Shown here one piece after another: positions 24,721-39,112 of a stretch of DNA of 64,000 nucleotides. Below the pieces are notes generated by a model, which searched no databases, was not told the DNA's origin, and was given only the letters and a program-made list of their open reading frames with translations. Both the position numbers and the translations under genes were made by a program. The stretch comes from Negaprion brevirostris (lineage: Eukaryota). The DNA lies in NCBI GenBank assembly GCA_030324005.1, contig JARDVH010000031.1:38234442-38298441 (forward strand), in the 5' to 3' direction. Position 1 is the stretch's first letter; each line of letters begins with the position of its first letter.

Positions 24721-26187
24721 GCCAGCCAACCCTAACTGATACATTGGCCCTGATCTTCTGGTCTCTGGATCATTGGAGACTGGATGTACTTTCCAAAGTG
24801 GACTACAGGGCCTCTCTGAAGTTCCAATCCACTGACTTCAGGGAAATAGCTTGGGAAGTTTGAACTTCTGATGGGCAATGACCGTGTTCCCAAGGACCCT
24901 CCCAAAACATCTCTGAGTTAGAATTGAAGACTTCGGATAGTTCCAACTTGCTTACCTGAATTATTAAAAATTCTAGTCTAATTTCTGTGCAACTATACAA
25001 CTGACCCATTCTCTCCTTGGCTACCCCTTCAGTCTCTCGACTACACTTCCAGAATCCCCTTCACCCCTGATCTGATCTGATTAGCCCCACCTCAACTTTC
25101 TCTGACTGATCTGACTAGTCCTACCACCCGAAACCCCCAAACTCAAACTGACTACTCCCACACCTAATTCTTCTCATGACCCCCAATATCCCCTCTGACT
25201 TGCTCCAACCTGATCTCACCAATCCAAATCACCCAGCTCCAGCTGCCACCCTATCCCCTTACCCACTTAATGTCACCCACCTTACAACACATAGCTGTAA
25301 CACATTGAAATGCTGTTTAAAGATCCTTTATAGTGTGATAGTGAATGCTTGCCAGAATATGGTAGCTGGTGCTGTAAAAAGGGGCATGTCTGCTGCACAG
25401 ATTTCCTTCACTGATGTCTCTGAGATTTCCTGCGCTGGCTGATTCCTACAGCAGTTTCCATCGGAAGATTGGCTGGTAACATTTGAGGAAGATAAGCCCA
25501 TGCTTTTTATCTGATCAGGGTTGGAAATCAGGGGTTCCAAGACTGATTTGGGGCCATTCATTCCCACTTGCTGTCTTCTGTTCCGTGTTGGTGTTAGGGT
25601 GTTGCTGGCTGACCAGCATTTATTGCACATCCCTATTGCCCTACAAGATCCAATTTCATTCATTTCCATTCCAAAGCTGAATGATTGAATTGTTTTCTCA
25701 TTGCTTAGTATTTTGCTAACAAGAATTAATCATCAGCTTCTTTTTGTAGAGTTTCAAGAAGGCATACACTTAGGAAAATGACAAAAAGAACTGGAAGTGA
25801 TGTTAGGATTTTTATTGCTTACAGATAATTAGGATGTGGAATTCAAGCAGAATCATTAAATATAATTAAAATGACATGAGATAGCTGCTTGAGCAAGAAT
25901 ATTAGAACATGAGGAGCAAGTAAGATCATATACAGGAGTAAAACACTGGACTGTGATTTTTCTATGCTAATACATTCCATGCTCCTGTATACTTGTGAGA
26001 CTTGAAAATGTTTTGAAAAGCGTGTTCTTAGTCACTTAAGATTAGGTAACAATATTTTGCCTTAATACAGAGAACTCTTTTATATAAAATTCATTTTCTA
26101 ATTTTGGGCTAATTATTAAAAATAAAAATGGTATTATTAAAATGGTGCTGCACGTTGCTTGACTTAAAAATACACTCTTTACTTCAG

Positions 26188-26473
26188 GTACAAGAATGGA
26201 CAGCAGCTGACAACAGATCAGCATTTAAAAATTTCAAACAAGGAAGGCAAACACATTCTTTTCATTGACAAGGTGTCTGATAAAGATGCTGGCATTTATG
26301 TTGTACGAGCTAAAAATTCTAATGGTACTGTCAGTTCCAGTGCTATCCTTCAAGTACAAGGTAACTGCAGTCTCAGCTGTTTCCACACTGGTGATGTAGA
26401 CTGGTTCACCTGTCTTGGTTTGTTGTGTACACTATATGTTAGCTTTTTTCTTGTGTATATGCTGTTGATCTAA
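26188..26473 (+). CDS. CCDC141: CCDC141 terminal exon: second half of the Ig domain (YKNGQQLTTDQHLKISNKEGKHILFIDKVSDKDAGIYVVRAKNSNGTVSSSAILQVQ) plus hydrophobic tail (DWFTCLGLLCTLYVSFFLVYMLLI*)
   Basis: ctttacttcag| acceptor; G at 26188 completes the split Trp codon (TG+G), giving the canonical W-Y-K-N-G; D-x-G-x-Y Ig motif; TAA at 26471-26473. Confidence 0.92.
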
Positions 26474-28510
26474 CCATTGCAAATATATGTTCCTGCCACA
26501 TGGCTGCCTATCACTGTCTGTTCTGCAATATCTGCACTTACCACAATCACATATATTATTGTACAATTTTTCGGGTAACTTTAGTAATGTGTTTTTATTG
26601 CTGACTTTTTCAGGGATTATTTCTTTGCTGTTGCTCAAAATGAATACATGGAAAATACTAATGTTATAATTTAATATTTTTCAGTGAAATAGCTCTTTAG
26701 CAATTGAACAACACTAACTTGAATGTTGCTTGTAATCAGTAACATTAGTGAGAATTTAACTGTCTGATTATAGTGATAGAAGTGGAAATGAGTACAGAAA
26801 CATTATTTGCAAAAGACTGAAAAAGGATAATGACTTGAATGGCTTTTTCATTGCTATCTTTAAAATGTTCATAGAGAAACAGTTTTGAAGTTATTTACAG
26901 ACAAATATGGACTCTTTAATTACAAGGGCAATTTTTGCTATTCAACATTTTTGAAACAGAGACATTGCAAAAACATGTGAAAATTGTAAATGAATGGCTG
27001 GTACAGTGGTATGGCATGCTGGCACACGGATATGTATGATGTGTTATTTTCATGCATGATCAGTTCTCTGTCTAAGATGTCTGTGGGGGAAGATATCGAG
27101 GAGAGACTAGATGGTTTCCAACAGTGAAAGAGAGAAAATCAAAGGGCAATTGCCCTTGGTGAATACACGCAATATCACAACACACTAGTGGAAAAGCAAA
27201 GATAGCATTGGCCAAGGTTGGCCCACACTTAGTCAGAGAATAGAGTATTGAATTATAAATCTAGCAGTTCGAATGGTTAAGGAAAATAGAAGTATCACAC
27301 AGTTTTTAAAAAATCTTGCAGATGAAATGTGCATTGTTTTAATGATGTTTAATTGATTCCAAATAAGGACTTGTTATGTTCAGCAGATCTCTACTGTTTT
27401 CAATACTTTCTCGCTGGATCACTTTAAAACTACAATGGGGAACTTTCAGAAGTGAATTTTCCAAAATAATTTTATATTTATTGGAACAGTGTGTATTAAT
27501 AATGACTTACATTTCACTATATTTTACTTGTACAATTATGCCAACAAATCACAAGTTACAATGTATTGATAATACAAACAATTATATTTGTCTTTCTTCG
27601 TATTACCATAAACATTTAGAATTAAGAATATTTCATTGTCATTACCTACTTTTGATTCTTCTCTATGGTACAAATGAAATTCATATTGCTGTAAGTTGTA
27701 CCAGTGCAGTCATGCTGACCAAGAATCAGTGAGACAACAATTTTATGCTGACTGAGATGCATGGAACACAATGTCTGTTGGATGACTGAACTATATTGTG
27801 GGTCACACTGAGGTCAACCACAAAGGAACATTGTACACAATTCCCTCCTGACAGTTCATTTTTAAAACTAGGGAAAAAATAGGTCAGAGAGGTGATTCTC
27901 TCAATATTTAACCCGATGTCCAAAAGACCAGTTGAGCACCATCTTAATGTAGTTTCATACCAAGAGTCCTGAAACAGCTAATGTGAGCCTCACATCACTT
28001 ATAGAGCCATAGAATCATTTAATTTGCTTGGAAGTCAGGTGGACATTTGCTATGAGTTATGCTGTATTTTGCATATTAACTCATAACTGAAACCACACAC
28101 ACAAGTGGTATTAGAACTGCACTATGAAACATTTGGGATCAACTGATTTATTTTTACTTACTGTAATGTGTATTTACAGTATATTGGAGATGAAACAGTT
28201 TCACAAGGAGATTAATATACAAGGTGGTTCTATTTTGCATGTTTTATAGCAAAACATAACTGATTAGCAATGTAGAATTTAGTTATGCATTGCTAAACAT
28301 TGACAGTTTAAACAGTACATGCGTTCTGGTAAATCTGTGGCTGGTGATTCTGTGTGGTGTCAAATATATCAGAAGAAATGTAAGTGAAATAAAATGCACT
28401 CTGGAAAAATAATCATTTCTTTCAGTTAAAAATGATTGGTTAGATCAAAGAATGTTTTCACAATCACAATCAAAAAACAGAACAATAAAAGAGCACTTAG
28501 AACAAATCCC
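26474..28510 (+). other. Putative CCDC141 3' UTR with polyadenylation signals
   Basis: About 2 kb of AT-rich sequence with no recognisable repeat after the stop codon; AATAAA at 28388-28393 and 28484-28489; repeats resume after about 28580. Confidence 0.5.
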
Positions 28511-29169
28511 TTCAAAAATATCTTTATTATAGTGTACAGACATTAACTGCAAATGTTTGAGGCTGCAGGGGGAAATATGTGGCCCATGTATTTTAAGAGT
28601 TAATGGGAGGAATATTCCCAGGCTTTGGAGGTGGGTGTGGGGGAGGTAGGGGAAAACAAATTTGGTTTAAAAAGGATGCATTTGACCAGTGGAAAGGTCA
28701 ATATCAGCCTTGCTGCCCATAAGTCAATGAAGGCCTTTAAGTGGTCAATTAATTGGAATCCACTCCATTTGGGTAGTTTGCCAGGTATACCATGTTGGGA
28801 CTGTTTGCAGTCAGAGGAGGGGTGCCTTCTGCTCGACCACTTCGTGCATCAGAGAGGGCCATATGGCAGCAAGGGCTTTCCTTGTAATAAGACTCTTCTG
28901 ACTTCACACTGACCGGATCCTCCCTCCCAATGCCAGAGTCTTTCTGACTAGCCCTAATGAGGCCACCCCACTTGCCTGGGTTCTGGGCCTCCACACATGA
29001 TTGCGGTGATTGGCCGGATCTTCCTGGAGCTGGGATTCTCAAGCTGAAAGTCCTAGCAATCCTGACAGCTGACAGCTAAGTGCCTGACAGGAATTTAATC
29101 CCATTGGAGCTTTCAGAAATGACAACAGATGCATTGCCATCCCCAAGTCATTAAATTTGGCCTATCATG

Positions 29170-29940
29170 CCAAAAATTATTATCCAGCCTCACTTTCCAG
29201 CACTTGATTCATTCTCTTGTAGTTATAGCATTTTAAATGCGTATCTAAGTATTTTTTAAATGCATTGAGACTTTCTGCCTCTGTCACTCTTTCAGACAGT
29301 GACTTCCACATGCCCACCACCTTCTGCGTGAAAAAATATCTCCTTCAATTCTTCTACCGATTACTTTAAAGCTATACCCCTGATAATAATCTCTCTGCTG
29401 AGGGGAAATAGGCCCTTCCTATCCACTTTATCCAGACTCTTCATTATTTTATATACCTCAATTAAATCTCCCATCAGCATCCTCTATTTGAAAGAAATCA
29501 ACCGCAATCCTTCCTTAAATCTAAAATCTTCCACTCCTGGCAATGCCCTTGTAAATTTCTGCTGTAATTTCTCTAGTGCGATTGTTTGACTGGAATTGTA
29601 TGGAGTTCCCTAGCTTTGGCCCAACTAGGATTTTTTATAGTTCTAGTGTAACCTCCTTGTCCTCCTGTTATGTGTCTCAGCTAGTAACATGTAAGCCTTC
29701 TTAACTGCCTTAACCATCTGTCTGGCTAGTTTCAGGAAATGGTACTTCAAGCCATTTCGCCTGCACTCCTAAGTATCCACTTATTTGCTATTTCCTTGTC
29801 TTGTTTGTCCTCCCTAAATGCTTTACCTCTCATCCCTCTGGATTGAATTCCATTTGCCACATTTCTGCTGATCTCTCTCGAACATTGATATCTCCTTGCA
29901 GTCTGTAGCCTTGTGTCATCTGAAGATGTGTTCATCATGA
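29170..29940 (-). mobile_element. CR1-like LINE 3' fragment
   Basis: Similar to 1940-2816 in the same orientation. Confidence 0.65.
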
Positions 29941-32900
29941 TTCCTACATTTAAGCTTCAATCAAAGATTGTCTCCCACAGAAAGCCAAAAAAAAAGCTGG
30001 TATGGAGCTAATACATCAACTTCCATTGCCTCTTCATTACTGTGGTAGTAATCATTACCACACTGAATAAATCAGAACGAAATAAGCCTTTTAATTACTA
30101 AGAATAATAAAGTGTTTGCCTAGAATTCTGCATAGAATTCTTACCTTTTGTAAATAATGGACATTGCATTTTTCCAAACGACAGGGACAAAAGGTGAATC
30201 ACAAGACCTCCCTGTTAAATAACTCATCCAATTTGCATCCTATGGAAATGAACAGCTAAAGGATCTGCACTGCAACTTTACATTGTGATGTTGAAAATTA
30301 ATTCCCAATTTTTCAAATTGTCACTACATCCAAGGAGTGGGAGATTGCAATAGGCCTTTACAATGGAGTTGGATGAGTTCTTGCAAATGAAATATAGCTC
30401 AACTTAGAGCATGTCTGTAGGTTTAGCTGGGTTTAGTGATACCAGTTACCATGGTCTCTAGCCTTCGCAATTGCCTTTAGAGATTGGAAAAACATTTTCC
30501 AGAATCATTTTCCTGAATCAAACTAAGTATTTTTTCCATTGTGTTTTGTCCTTCCCAGTCATTGTGTGACTGTGATGAGGTTATGTTGCCTCCATATTAT
30601 CCAAGCCTTGTTTCCTGTAATCAGTACAAAGAACCAGAAGTTTGTTTGAAGGGAAGAGCGAGATTGACAGAGAGAAGTCCAGAACCTCGAGGCATGCAGC
30701 TGAAAGCACAACCACCAATGACAGAGTGATTATAACTGGAATTGTACACAATGCCAGAGATGAAGGAATGCATGAATTTCAAAAGCTGAGTGAAGGTTAA
30801 AAAGATAGGGTTAATTTTAAAATTGCAATGTTGCTGGACAAGAATCATAAAAAATAGAAGCAAGCTATTCCGCCATTCCTATAGCATCAGTGGCTGGGAT
30901 TCTGTCAGTTAATGAGGGTCTTGTCCATCAGTCAAAGAACCAGCGGGAACCCCACCCTGGGCTTTCCCCACGGAGGGGAACCATCCATGGGGGAGGCCCG
31001 ACATAATCAGTGCCTTCTGGCACTTAAGCAGCCAGCATATGGCCTACCCTGTGGGAAAGTCCTGCAGTTTCCATTTAATCCCTGATCCATCACCAAATTA
31101 ATGGGGGTTCAGGGATAACTGGTGTCAATTAGCCCATTAATGAACCAGCCCACTGTAAATTAAATCCAGCCCACTGTAGGTCAGTAACCACATGAATGAT
31201 GGGGCTAGTCAGGGGAGCATTGAAATGGTCAAGGCTAGAATTGAGAAAAGTGTGGATGAAAGTTCAGTTTATGAGCCGAGACAGGGTTGGAGTCAGATAA
31301 TGGCATGGAGGTGGGACAACTTAGTCGTGGTTATTAGCTTATTATACGTTTCATTTGGACCATTCGTTTACTTGTGTCATCATGATGTTCATTTAATTTT
31401 TTTTGGCACTGTTAAGTCCAGCTTTGCACAGAGGCTGTTGAAATGTGACACTAGTGCAGCACCAGCTGATTAGTGACTCTCAGCAGCAGAGTAGTTAAAT
31501 CAGAACTTGAACTGGGAGATTTACATCAAATTTAATTGTTTGGACATACATATTGTAAAAGAAATATATGGTACCCACAGTTATAAGGAACAGTTGTCCA
31601 ACTTTGTCCAACGTTTTTAAAGATATGGAAAGCAAAATTTTGATTGGTGTGTTGCCGCAAAAGGTGAATTGGAAGCCAGGAGCTGTCCCAGTGCAGAGCA
31701 CTATGTCTCCAGCTGCTTTTGCCACAGCACCCATGCTATGAAGCACCCTCATGCAGGTCAGCCACACGTGTGGAAGAAGCCATTGAACGAGTGCTGACAT
31801 CACTCAGCCCTAGCTGAATGCCCTTTTGATTCTTTATTTGTGAACTCAGGTCATACAAGCAAGAGGGATCCACCACTAGTATTTTGTAAAGGCTGAGCAA
31901 TCAGTTTGCAGATAAGGCAATTTTGGAATAACTTTTGCCATTGCAAAGCCTCTGGAAGTACTATGCAGTGTTTCTGTGGATGCTGCGGTGAGTTCCTGGA
32001 GTTGACGCGGAGTGTGGCTGCATACTCACAGAGAGGGCAGATGATTTTATGACAGCAGCAAATATTAGGGCAGTGGTGACAGTGTCCTTTAGTCAGCATT
32101 ACAACAGGGAGATGACCCTGAAGACAAGAAAAATTCTCCATGATACCCTGTCCAGGACAGAGCCAATAGAGTGCATCCTACAGAACCAATGATGGCTCTC
32201 CACCAGTTCACCTCCACTACAATGGCCTCCAGCATCACACCTGTGAACCTGGGAGCCCTCACTCTTATTCTGAAGTTCCATTTTCCTCTTTAAAACTGAA
32301 ACTATGGCAGTCAGCAGCAGTGTTCTGTGATTCATTGCAGCTTCCCCTGAATGGAGAAACCATTGCCGTGACAGTTCATCCTCTCTGTTCCTATCCAACC
32401 CATTTATAACCCTCTTCAACCTCTTTATGTCCTCATCACTTACTTATCTATCATCTTTTGTATCATCAGCATTCTTGAATATGTTACACTCAGTCCCCAA
32501 CACTTAAGGCACTAGCACAGATTGTAAATAGCTGATGCCCAAATACTAATGTTTGCAGAGCCTCATAAGTTGCAGCCTATCAACCCAATAATGTCCCTGT
32601 TCTTACAATTCTTTGTACCTGTCCATTAAGCAATCTTTAAATCATGCTAATACATGAGCAGTCTCATGAATCCATTTCTGTGTAACAATCTCATATGTGG
32701 CACCTTATCAAATGCTTTTGGAAAATTGCAATACATGACNNNNNNNNNNNNNNNNNNNNNNNNNNNNNNNNNNNNNNNNNNNNNNNNNNNNNNNNNNNNN
32801 NNNNNNNNNNNNNNNNNNNNNNNNNNNNNNNNNNNNNNNATTCACTGGTTCCCCTTTATCCATCTTACTACTTACATCCAAAAAAAGATCTGATAAATAT

Positions 32901-34959
32901 GACCAGCACATTTTCCCTTTCATAAATCTGTGTAGATTTGGCTCAATAATGTTATGATTTTCTATGTGCACTGTTACCATATCCCACATGGGTAGTCAAG
33001 AGCAGCGAATGCATCATTAAAAAGACCTCACCTACTACCACCAACTCCAATTACCAATCACTTGCTGCTTCCAGATAACTCCAGCTATTTAGCTGCAGCA
33101 GACTCATCACACAAACACAGTGGAACACAATCAGTCTGTTTCCTGCAGGACAAGGTTGTATGTAACTGCTGAGAGCAGAGAAGACTTGATGGATGAAAAG
33201 TTCACTGCATCTCTTGAACAATGTGAAGGAGATGATTCTCTGTATTTTGGGGCCTGCTACAACAGAATCCATGGCATCAAGTATCACCAAGGCCATTGAG
33301 GATAAAAGATGTTCCTGCATTATGATCCTTCTCAACTTCTAACTCACACTCATTCTACTATTTGACATGATGAGCAATCTGCTGATGGTGTGGCCATGGA
33401 CCATGGACTTTCTACTCTTACCGCCTCCCACGCCCCAACCTTTCCCTTTAGATTTATTATGTTCAGGCAGCCAAGAATTGCTGCTTTTCCAGCCATCACA
33501 GCTGAAGAAGGAAGAGAGAGAACAGCACCACAACACTGATCTTGACTACCCATGTGGGATAACGTAACAGTGCACATAAAAAAATCATAACATGACTGAG
33601 CCGAGTCTACACATATATATGAAAGGCAAAATGTATTTGTCAAATCTTTCAGAGTTTTTTGAAGATGTAGTAGTTAGATTGATAAGGGGAGCGGAGCCAG
33701 TGAATATAGTGTCACTTCATCTGACACTTGCAGCCATCAATTCAAATACCAGCACTGCAAGTACCTTACAGGCAAATATAGAATAGGGATCTACATGTGG
33801 TAAGTCCCAAGGCATGAATGGCATCTCTTCCACAAACATTCACTCACTCTACTACTGACACACAGCAGCAGCAGTGTGTGCCACCTACAAGATGTGCTAC
33901 TGGAACTCACCAAGCGTCCTTAGGCAGTACCTTCCAAACCCACAACCACTGTGATCTCAAGGGAAAAGGGCAGCCAATACATGGGGATACCATCAGCTGA
34001 AAATTCTTTTCCAAGCTACTCAAAACCCTAACTTGGAAATATATTGACACACATCTATCACTTGCTTTAGTGTCAACTTCTCATCTTTTAATGGACTTTC
34101 TCTCACCAGAACTAATCTATCTGTAATCAAGTCATTTTTAGCTGTCTAAATATGCATGATTAAGCAAGTTTATTACTGCTATCATGTACTGTTCAATGGG
34201 TTTCATATGCACCATGTTCTCTAGTGTTGAAAACATAGCGTTCATACATAACATTCACTTGAGGTCAAAGTGTTCATTCAAAGCTTTCAAAATCTCTGTT
34301 GTCTTTTCTCTTTGCTCATTGTTTAGATTTATGGTGGAGTATACATTGTAGCAGTGTTAGAAGTATGGCTACTCTTATCAGGTCAGGCTTGTTAACACCA
34401 TAGTTTTGCCAATCTAAATGAAAAAAACTGCCAGGTTTGCCACATATCACATTTTGTATCTACTGGAGCTGGGATTGGAAAATTTACTGCAGCCATTTTA
34501 CTCAGTATTCATTTACAGCCTTCAGGATGTATTTGCTCTCCTTTTGTCCTTTTGTGCATATTTTTCCATTGTCTCTTTTTTCTTAGCTTTCTGCAGATTT
34601 TAAACTTTTCTATGTGCCTTTCTTAGCTGTGGCTTTACTGCAGCATCTTATTTGCAGGCATTGTCCTTTGTCCTTGTCTCAGCAGCTTTTTTGCACATTT
34701 AAACCTTTCAGTGTGCTTAAATTCTCAGTGTCTTATCTGCAGCATTTGCAGGATTCAAAAATCTGATTTATCCCCACTTCTGAACACCATGTTTCATGTA
34801 TAAGGCCTGCAGTACTTCATCAGTGCTGTTCAGATGTGACACGTAGGCATTTCCCTAACTCCTCCATATTGTCCTCCTTCTGCACAGCTGTGATGTGCTC
34901 CTTTACTAACAACTCCAGCCCACCCCCTCTCTTCAACCTTCCTCTGTCACGTCTTCATC

Positions 34960-35560
34960 GGCCAAGGTACTGAGTTTAAAAAAAAATGCAAGTCATCTTG
35001 CAGCTTCATAGAACTATAACTAGGCTGCATTGGAATATAATGTTCAATTCTGGTCGCCACACTACCGGAAGGATCTGGAGGCTTTGGTGAGGCTGCAGAC
35101 AGGATTTGCCAGGGTGCTGCCTGGTATTGAGGGTATTAGCTATGAGGAGAGGTTGGAGAAACTTGGTTTGTTCTCATTGGACCAACGGATATTGATGGAA
35201 GTCTACAAGATTGAGAGGTGCGTGGACAGAATGGATAGTCAGAAGCTTTTTCCCAGACTGGAAGAGTCAATTACCAGGGGGCATACGTTTAAGGAGTGAG
35301 GGGCAAGGTTTAAAGGAGGCAGATTTTTTTTTCCACACAGAGTGGTGGATGCCTGGAACTCGTTACTGGGTAAGGTAGTGGAAGTGGATATAGTCATGAC
35401 TTTGAAGGGGCATCTTGACAAATACATGAATAGGATGGGGATAGAGGGATATGGTCCCAGAAAGGTAGGGGGTATTAGTTCAGTCGGGCAGCATGGTCGG
35501 TGCAGGCTTGGAGGGCCGAAGGGCCTGTTCCTGTGCTGGAATTTTCCTTGTTCTTTGTAA
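34960..35560 (+). mobile_element. CR1/HER1-like LINE 3' fragment
   Basis: EYNVQFWSPHYRKDLEALVRLQTGFARVLPGIEGISYEERLEKLGLFSL is the typical CR1 ORF2 C-terminus; 3' tail gggccgaagggcctgttcctgtgctg. Confidence 0.88.
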
Positions 35561-36584
35561 TTTCTCTCCAATAGAGAGAGACAGCTTGTTCCATGTCGCT
35601 TCAGGGACACAACTTAGTAAACATGGGGCACTGGGAGGAGGTGGGACTCCATGAACCCCACAGCCGTACAAGGACCAAACCCTCAACATTAGCATCATTC
35701 CACATCACANNNNNNNNNNNNNNNNNNNNNNNNNNNNNNNNNNNNNNNNNNNNNNNNNNNNNNNNNNNNNNNNNNNNNNNNNNNNNNNNNNNNNNNNNNN
35801 NNNNNNNNNTTTTTTAACTGGTCAGCGCAACATCGTGGGCCGAAGGGCCTGTTCTGTGCTGTAATGTTCTATGTTCTATGTTCTATTTCAAAATCTAAAC
35901 ACTAAGTCTGATGACATGCTAGTCTTCAGATTGCACCCAAGCCAATGCAATGGGTAATCTCATTGTAGAAAAATAAATTTGAAGGCACTTCATTCGGCCA
36001 ATAGAAAAGAAAATGGTTGCAGAGCCACATATTAGAGGGAATGATCAAAAGTATGATCATAGAGTTGGGGTTCAAGAAAGGTCTTTTGAAGTAAATGGAG
36101 AGATTTAGGGAGGGAATTCTAAAATGTGAAGCTTAGGCTGAAAGGAATATACGCAGACTGAGAGTTTGGGATGTGTGGGTAGATTGCAGCATTGGCAGAT
36201 GTTAGATAGTGAAGGATAAGGCCATGTACATACAAATTTAAAGACAATAGAATTTTAAAGTTTGGGTGAGGTACATTGAATCAAAGCAGGACAGTAAATG
36301 ATGTTGAGTGGGGACTTGGTGTGGGATAGGATATGGTTAACAGAACTTTTACATGAACTAAAATTTTCCAAGAAGTGGAGCATGGAGACCGGCCAGCAAA
36401 GCATTCAAATAGTCAGTTTTTGAAAGAATAAAGGCATGAATGAGAAAAGGCCACAATATGGCTGAACTGGAGGCAGAAATGAATGATGTTATAGAGATAG
36501 AAATAAAGTCTTTGTGATGGTGAGAATACGGCTTTGATTTATTTTTGTAATGCTTAGCTGGAGGAAATTGTTGTTCACAGCAGC

Positions 36585-36985
36585 AGTGGCCAGCATTGCT
36601 GCCTCTCAGTGCCAGAGACCTGGGTTCGATTCCCAGCTTGGCTCACTGTCTGTATGGAGTTTGCCATTTTTCCTTCCACAGTCCAAAGATGTGCCGGATA
36701 GGTGAATTGGCCATGTTAAATTCTCCCTCAGCGCACCCGAACAAGCGTGGGAGTGTAGCGACTAGGGGATTTTCACATTAACTTCATTGCAGTGTTCANN
36801 NNNNNNNNNNNNNNNNNNNNNNNNNNNNNNNNNNNNNNNNNNNNNNNNNNNNNNNNNNNNNNNNNNNNNNNNNNNNNNNNNNNNNNNNNNNNNNNNNNGT
36901 GGGAGTGTAGCGAATAGGTGATTTTAACATTAACTTCATTGCAGTGTTCATGTAAACCTACTTGTGACTAATAAATAAACTTTAA
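36585..36985 (+). mobile_element. HE1/V-SINE-type SINE spanning a gap
   Basis: B box gggttcgattccc, core, tail ...cttgtgactaataaataaacttta. Confidence 0.75.
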
Positions 36986-37919
36986 AATTGAACAGTCTGA
37001 GTTCTGAGAGTCGAGGAGAAACTGAAAGAAGGAGTAGAAAAGATGACAGTGTTTTCAGTGTTCATTTGGAAGTTGGTGTATGTTTGAAATCATCAAAGGG
37101 CAACAAGAGATGAGGAGGGGCTGTAGATGGGAGGATTCGAGAAGTTATGATGAGTGTGTGGGACTTTGCTGGGTATGCTCTGGTTCTGATTGGATAAGTA
37201 GGAGTGAAATAAAAAGGGAAGCCAATTGAGCTGACCAATAGAGAAGACAAGCCCTTGGAAAACCAAATAGTTATTTTGTGGGAAGGAGTTTCCTCGCCTT
37301 TGCATCCATAGTACATTCATTCCTTGATGTAAAGGTGACAGAAATTTGCTTCATAGTGCCTCAATGTATTTGCATTACCTTGAAATTTCCATTGTTTGTC
37401 TTGCCTCTTCTCGAAGTGATAATGCAGAAGTAGGAAGGGAAGCTATTGCTGGAATGTTTCTGGCTTTATTGGATAAGTAGGAGAAGAATCAAAGAAGGGA
37501 AGCTTACAGAGCTCAAATATGGGGAAGGTAACTATTCAAAGCAAGCTTGTTAAGGGAAAGGTACATTTTGGTTGCAACAGGTGCTGGAAGTGGCTGAGAA
37601 AAGAGAGTCATAGCTACTAGAAGAGAATGCATCAAGGTTTTCAGATGTAGTATTGGAGGCCTTGATGCAAGAAGTGAAAAGAAGAAGAGCTGACCTCATC
37701 CACAGCGGGCCAAGGATGCCCTTTGGACAAACTCTGAGAAGGCAACAAGAGCAGAGACCCATTGTGGTTAATGCAAATAGCCTCAACAACCTGATGCTGT
37801 GCTGCGAGAGGCTTAATGGCCCCACACTGTGGGAAAGATCAATAGATGCATACCCTTATAACTGAAGTACTAATCTCACACAATGCTTACAAACTATGTT
37901 ATCAATCATGCTTCACAAT

Positions 37920-39112
37920 CACGGTTTTACATCATTTCTAACAAATTTGATTGAATTTTCTGAGGAGCTGGTTAAGTGTGCATACGACAGCAATGCAATT
38001 GATGTATCTATGTGGACTTCAGTAAGGCTTTTGACAAGGTCCCGCATGGGAGACTGATCAAGAAGGTAAGAGTCCATAAGATCTACAGCAATTTGGCAAA
38101 TTGGATTCAAAATTGGCTGAGTGGTAGGAGACTGATTGTTTTTGTGCCCAGTGGTGTATTACAGGGATTGGTGCTGGGTGCCTTGCTGTTTGCAATGTAC
38201 ATGAATGATCTAGATGTGAATTTGGGAGATGTGATTAGTAAGTTTGCAGATAGCACAAAAATTAATGATGTGGCAAATAGCAAAGAGAAAAGTCTTGCTT
38301 TACAGGATGATATAGATGGGCAGAACAGTGGCAAATTGAATTTAACACTAAAAATGTGAAGTGATGCATTCTGGGAGGACCAACAAGGCAAGGGAATGCA
38401 CAATGAACGATAGGATGCAAGGAAGTACAGAGGATTGGATGGACCTTGGGATGCATGTCCAAAGATTCCTGAAAGCAGCAGGACAGATGGATAAGGTTGT
38501 TAAGAATGCTTCTGGGATTCTGTTGCCTTTATCAGCCAAGGCATAGAATATAAGAGCAAAGATGTTATAATGGAGCTATATAAAATATTTGTTAAGCCAC
38601 AGCAGTTCTGGCCACTACACTATAGGAAGGATGTGATTACACTAGAAAGGTTGCAGAGGAGGTTCACTAGGATGTTGTTTGGGCTGGAGCTATGAGGCTG
38701 GGTTTGTTTTCCTTAGAGCAGAGAAGGCTGAGGGCTGACATGGTTGAGGTGTACCAAATTATGAGGGATATAGATCGGGTAGATAGGAAGAAATTTTTCT
38801 CCTTTTCTAGATGGGTCAACAACTAGGGGGCATAGATTTATGGTGAGGAGAAGGGGATTTCAAGGGAATTTGAAGGAAGTCTCTTCACCCAGAAAGTAGT
38901 GGGAATTTGGAGAACGCTGTCTGAAAGGATGGTAGAGGTGCAAACCTTCACAACAAAAGTGATACATTCAGATGAGTGCTCAAAATGTCATAGCATGTAA
39001 GGCTATGGACCAAGTGTTGGAAAATGGGATTAGAATATATTGGTTCTTGATGGCTGCAGCAGACACATTGGGCTGAAGGGCCTCTTTCTGTGGTGTAAAA
39101 TGCTATAATTCT
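37920..39112 (+). mobile_element. CR1 LINE RT pseudogene plus 3' UTR
   Basis: DFSKAFDKVPHGRLIKKV, WIQNWLSGRR, SGVLQGLVLGALLFAMYMNDLD, ISKFADSTKI. Confidence 0.92.

Noticed and set aside
36745-36955. Apparent direct repeat around an N run (also 39525-39695 and 56571-56710)
   Set aside because: Near-identical sequence on both sides of fixed-length gaps is most likely unmerged contig overlap.
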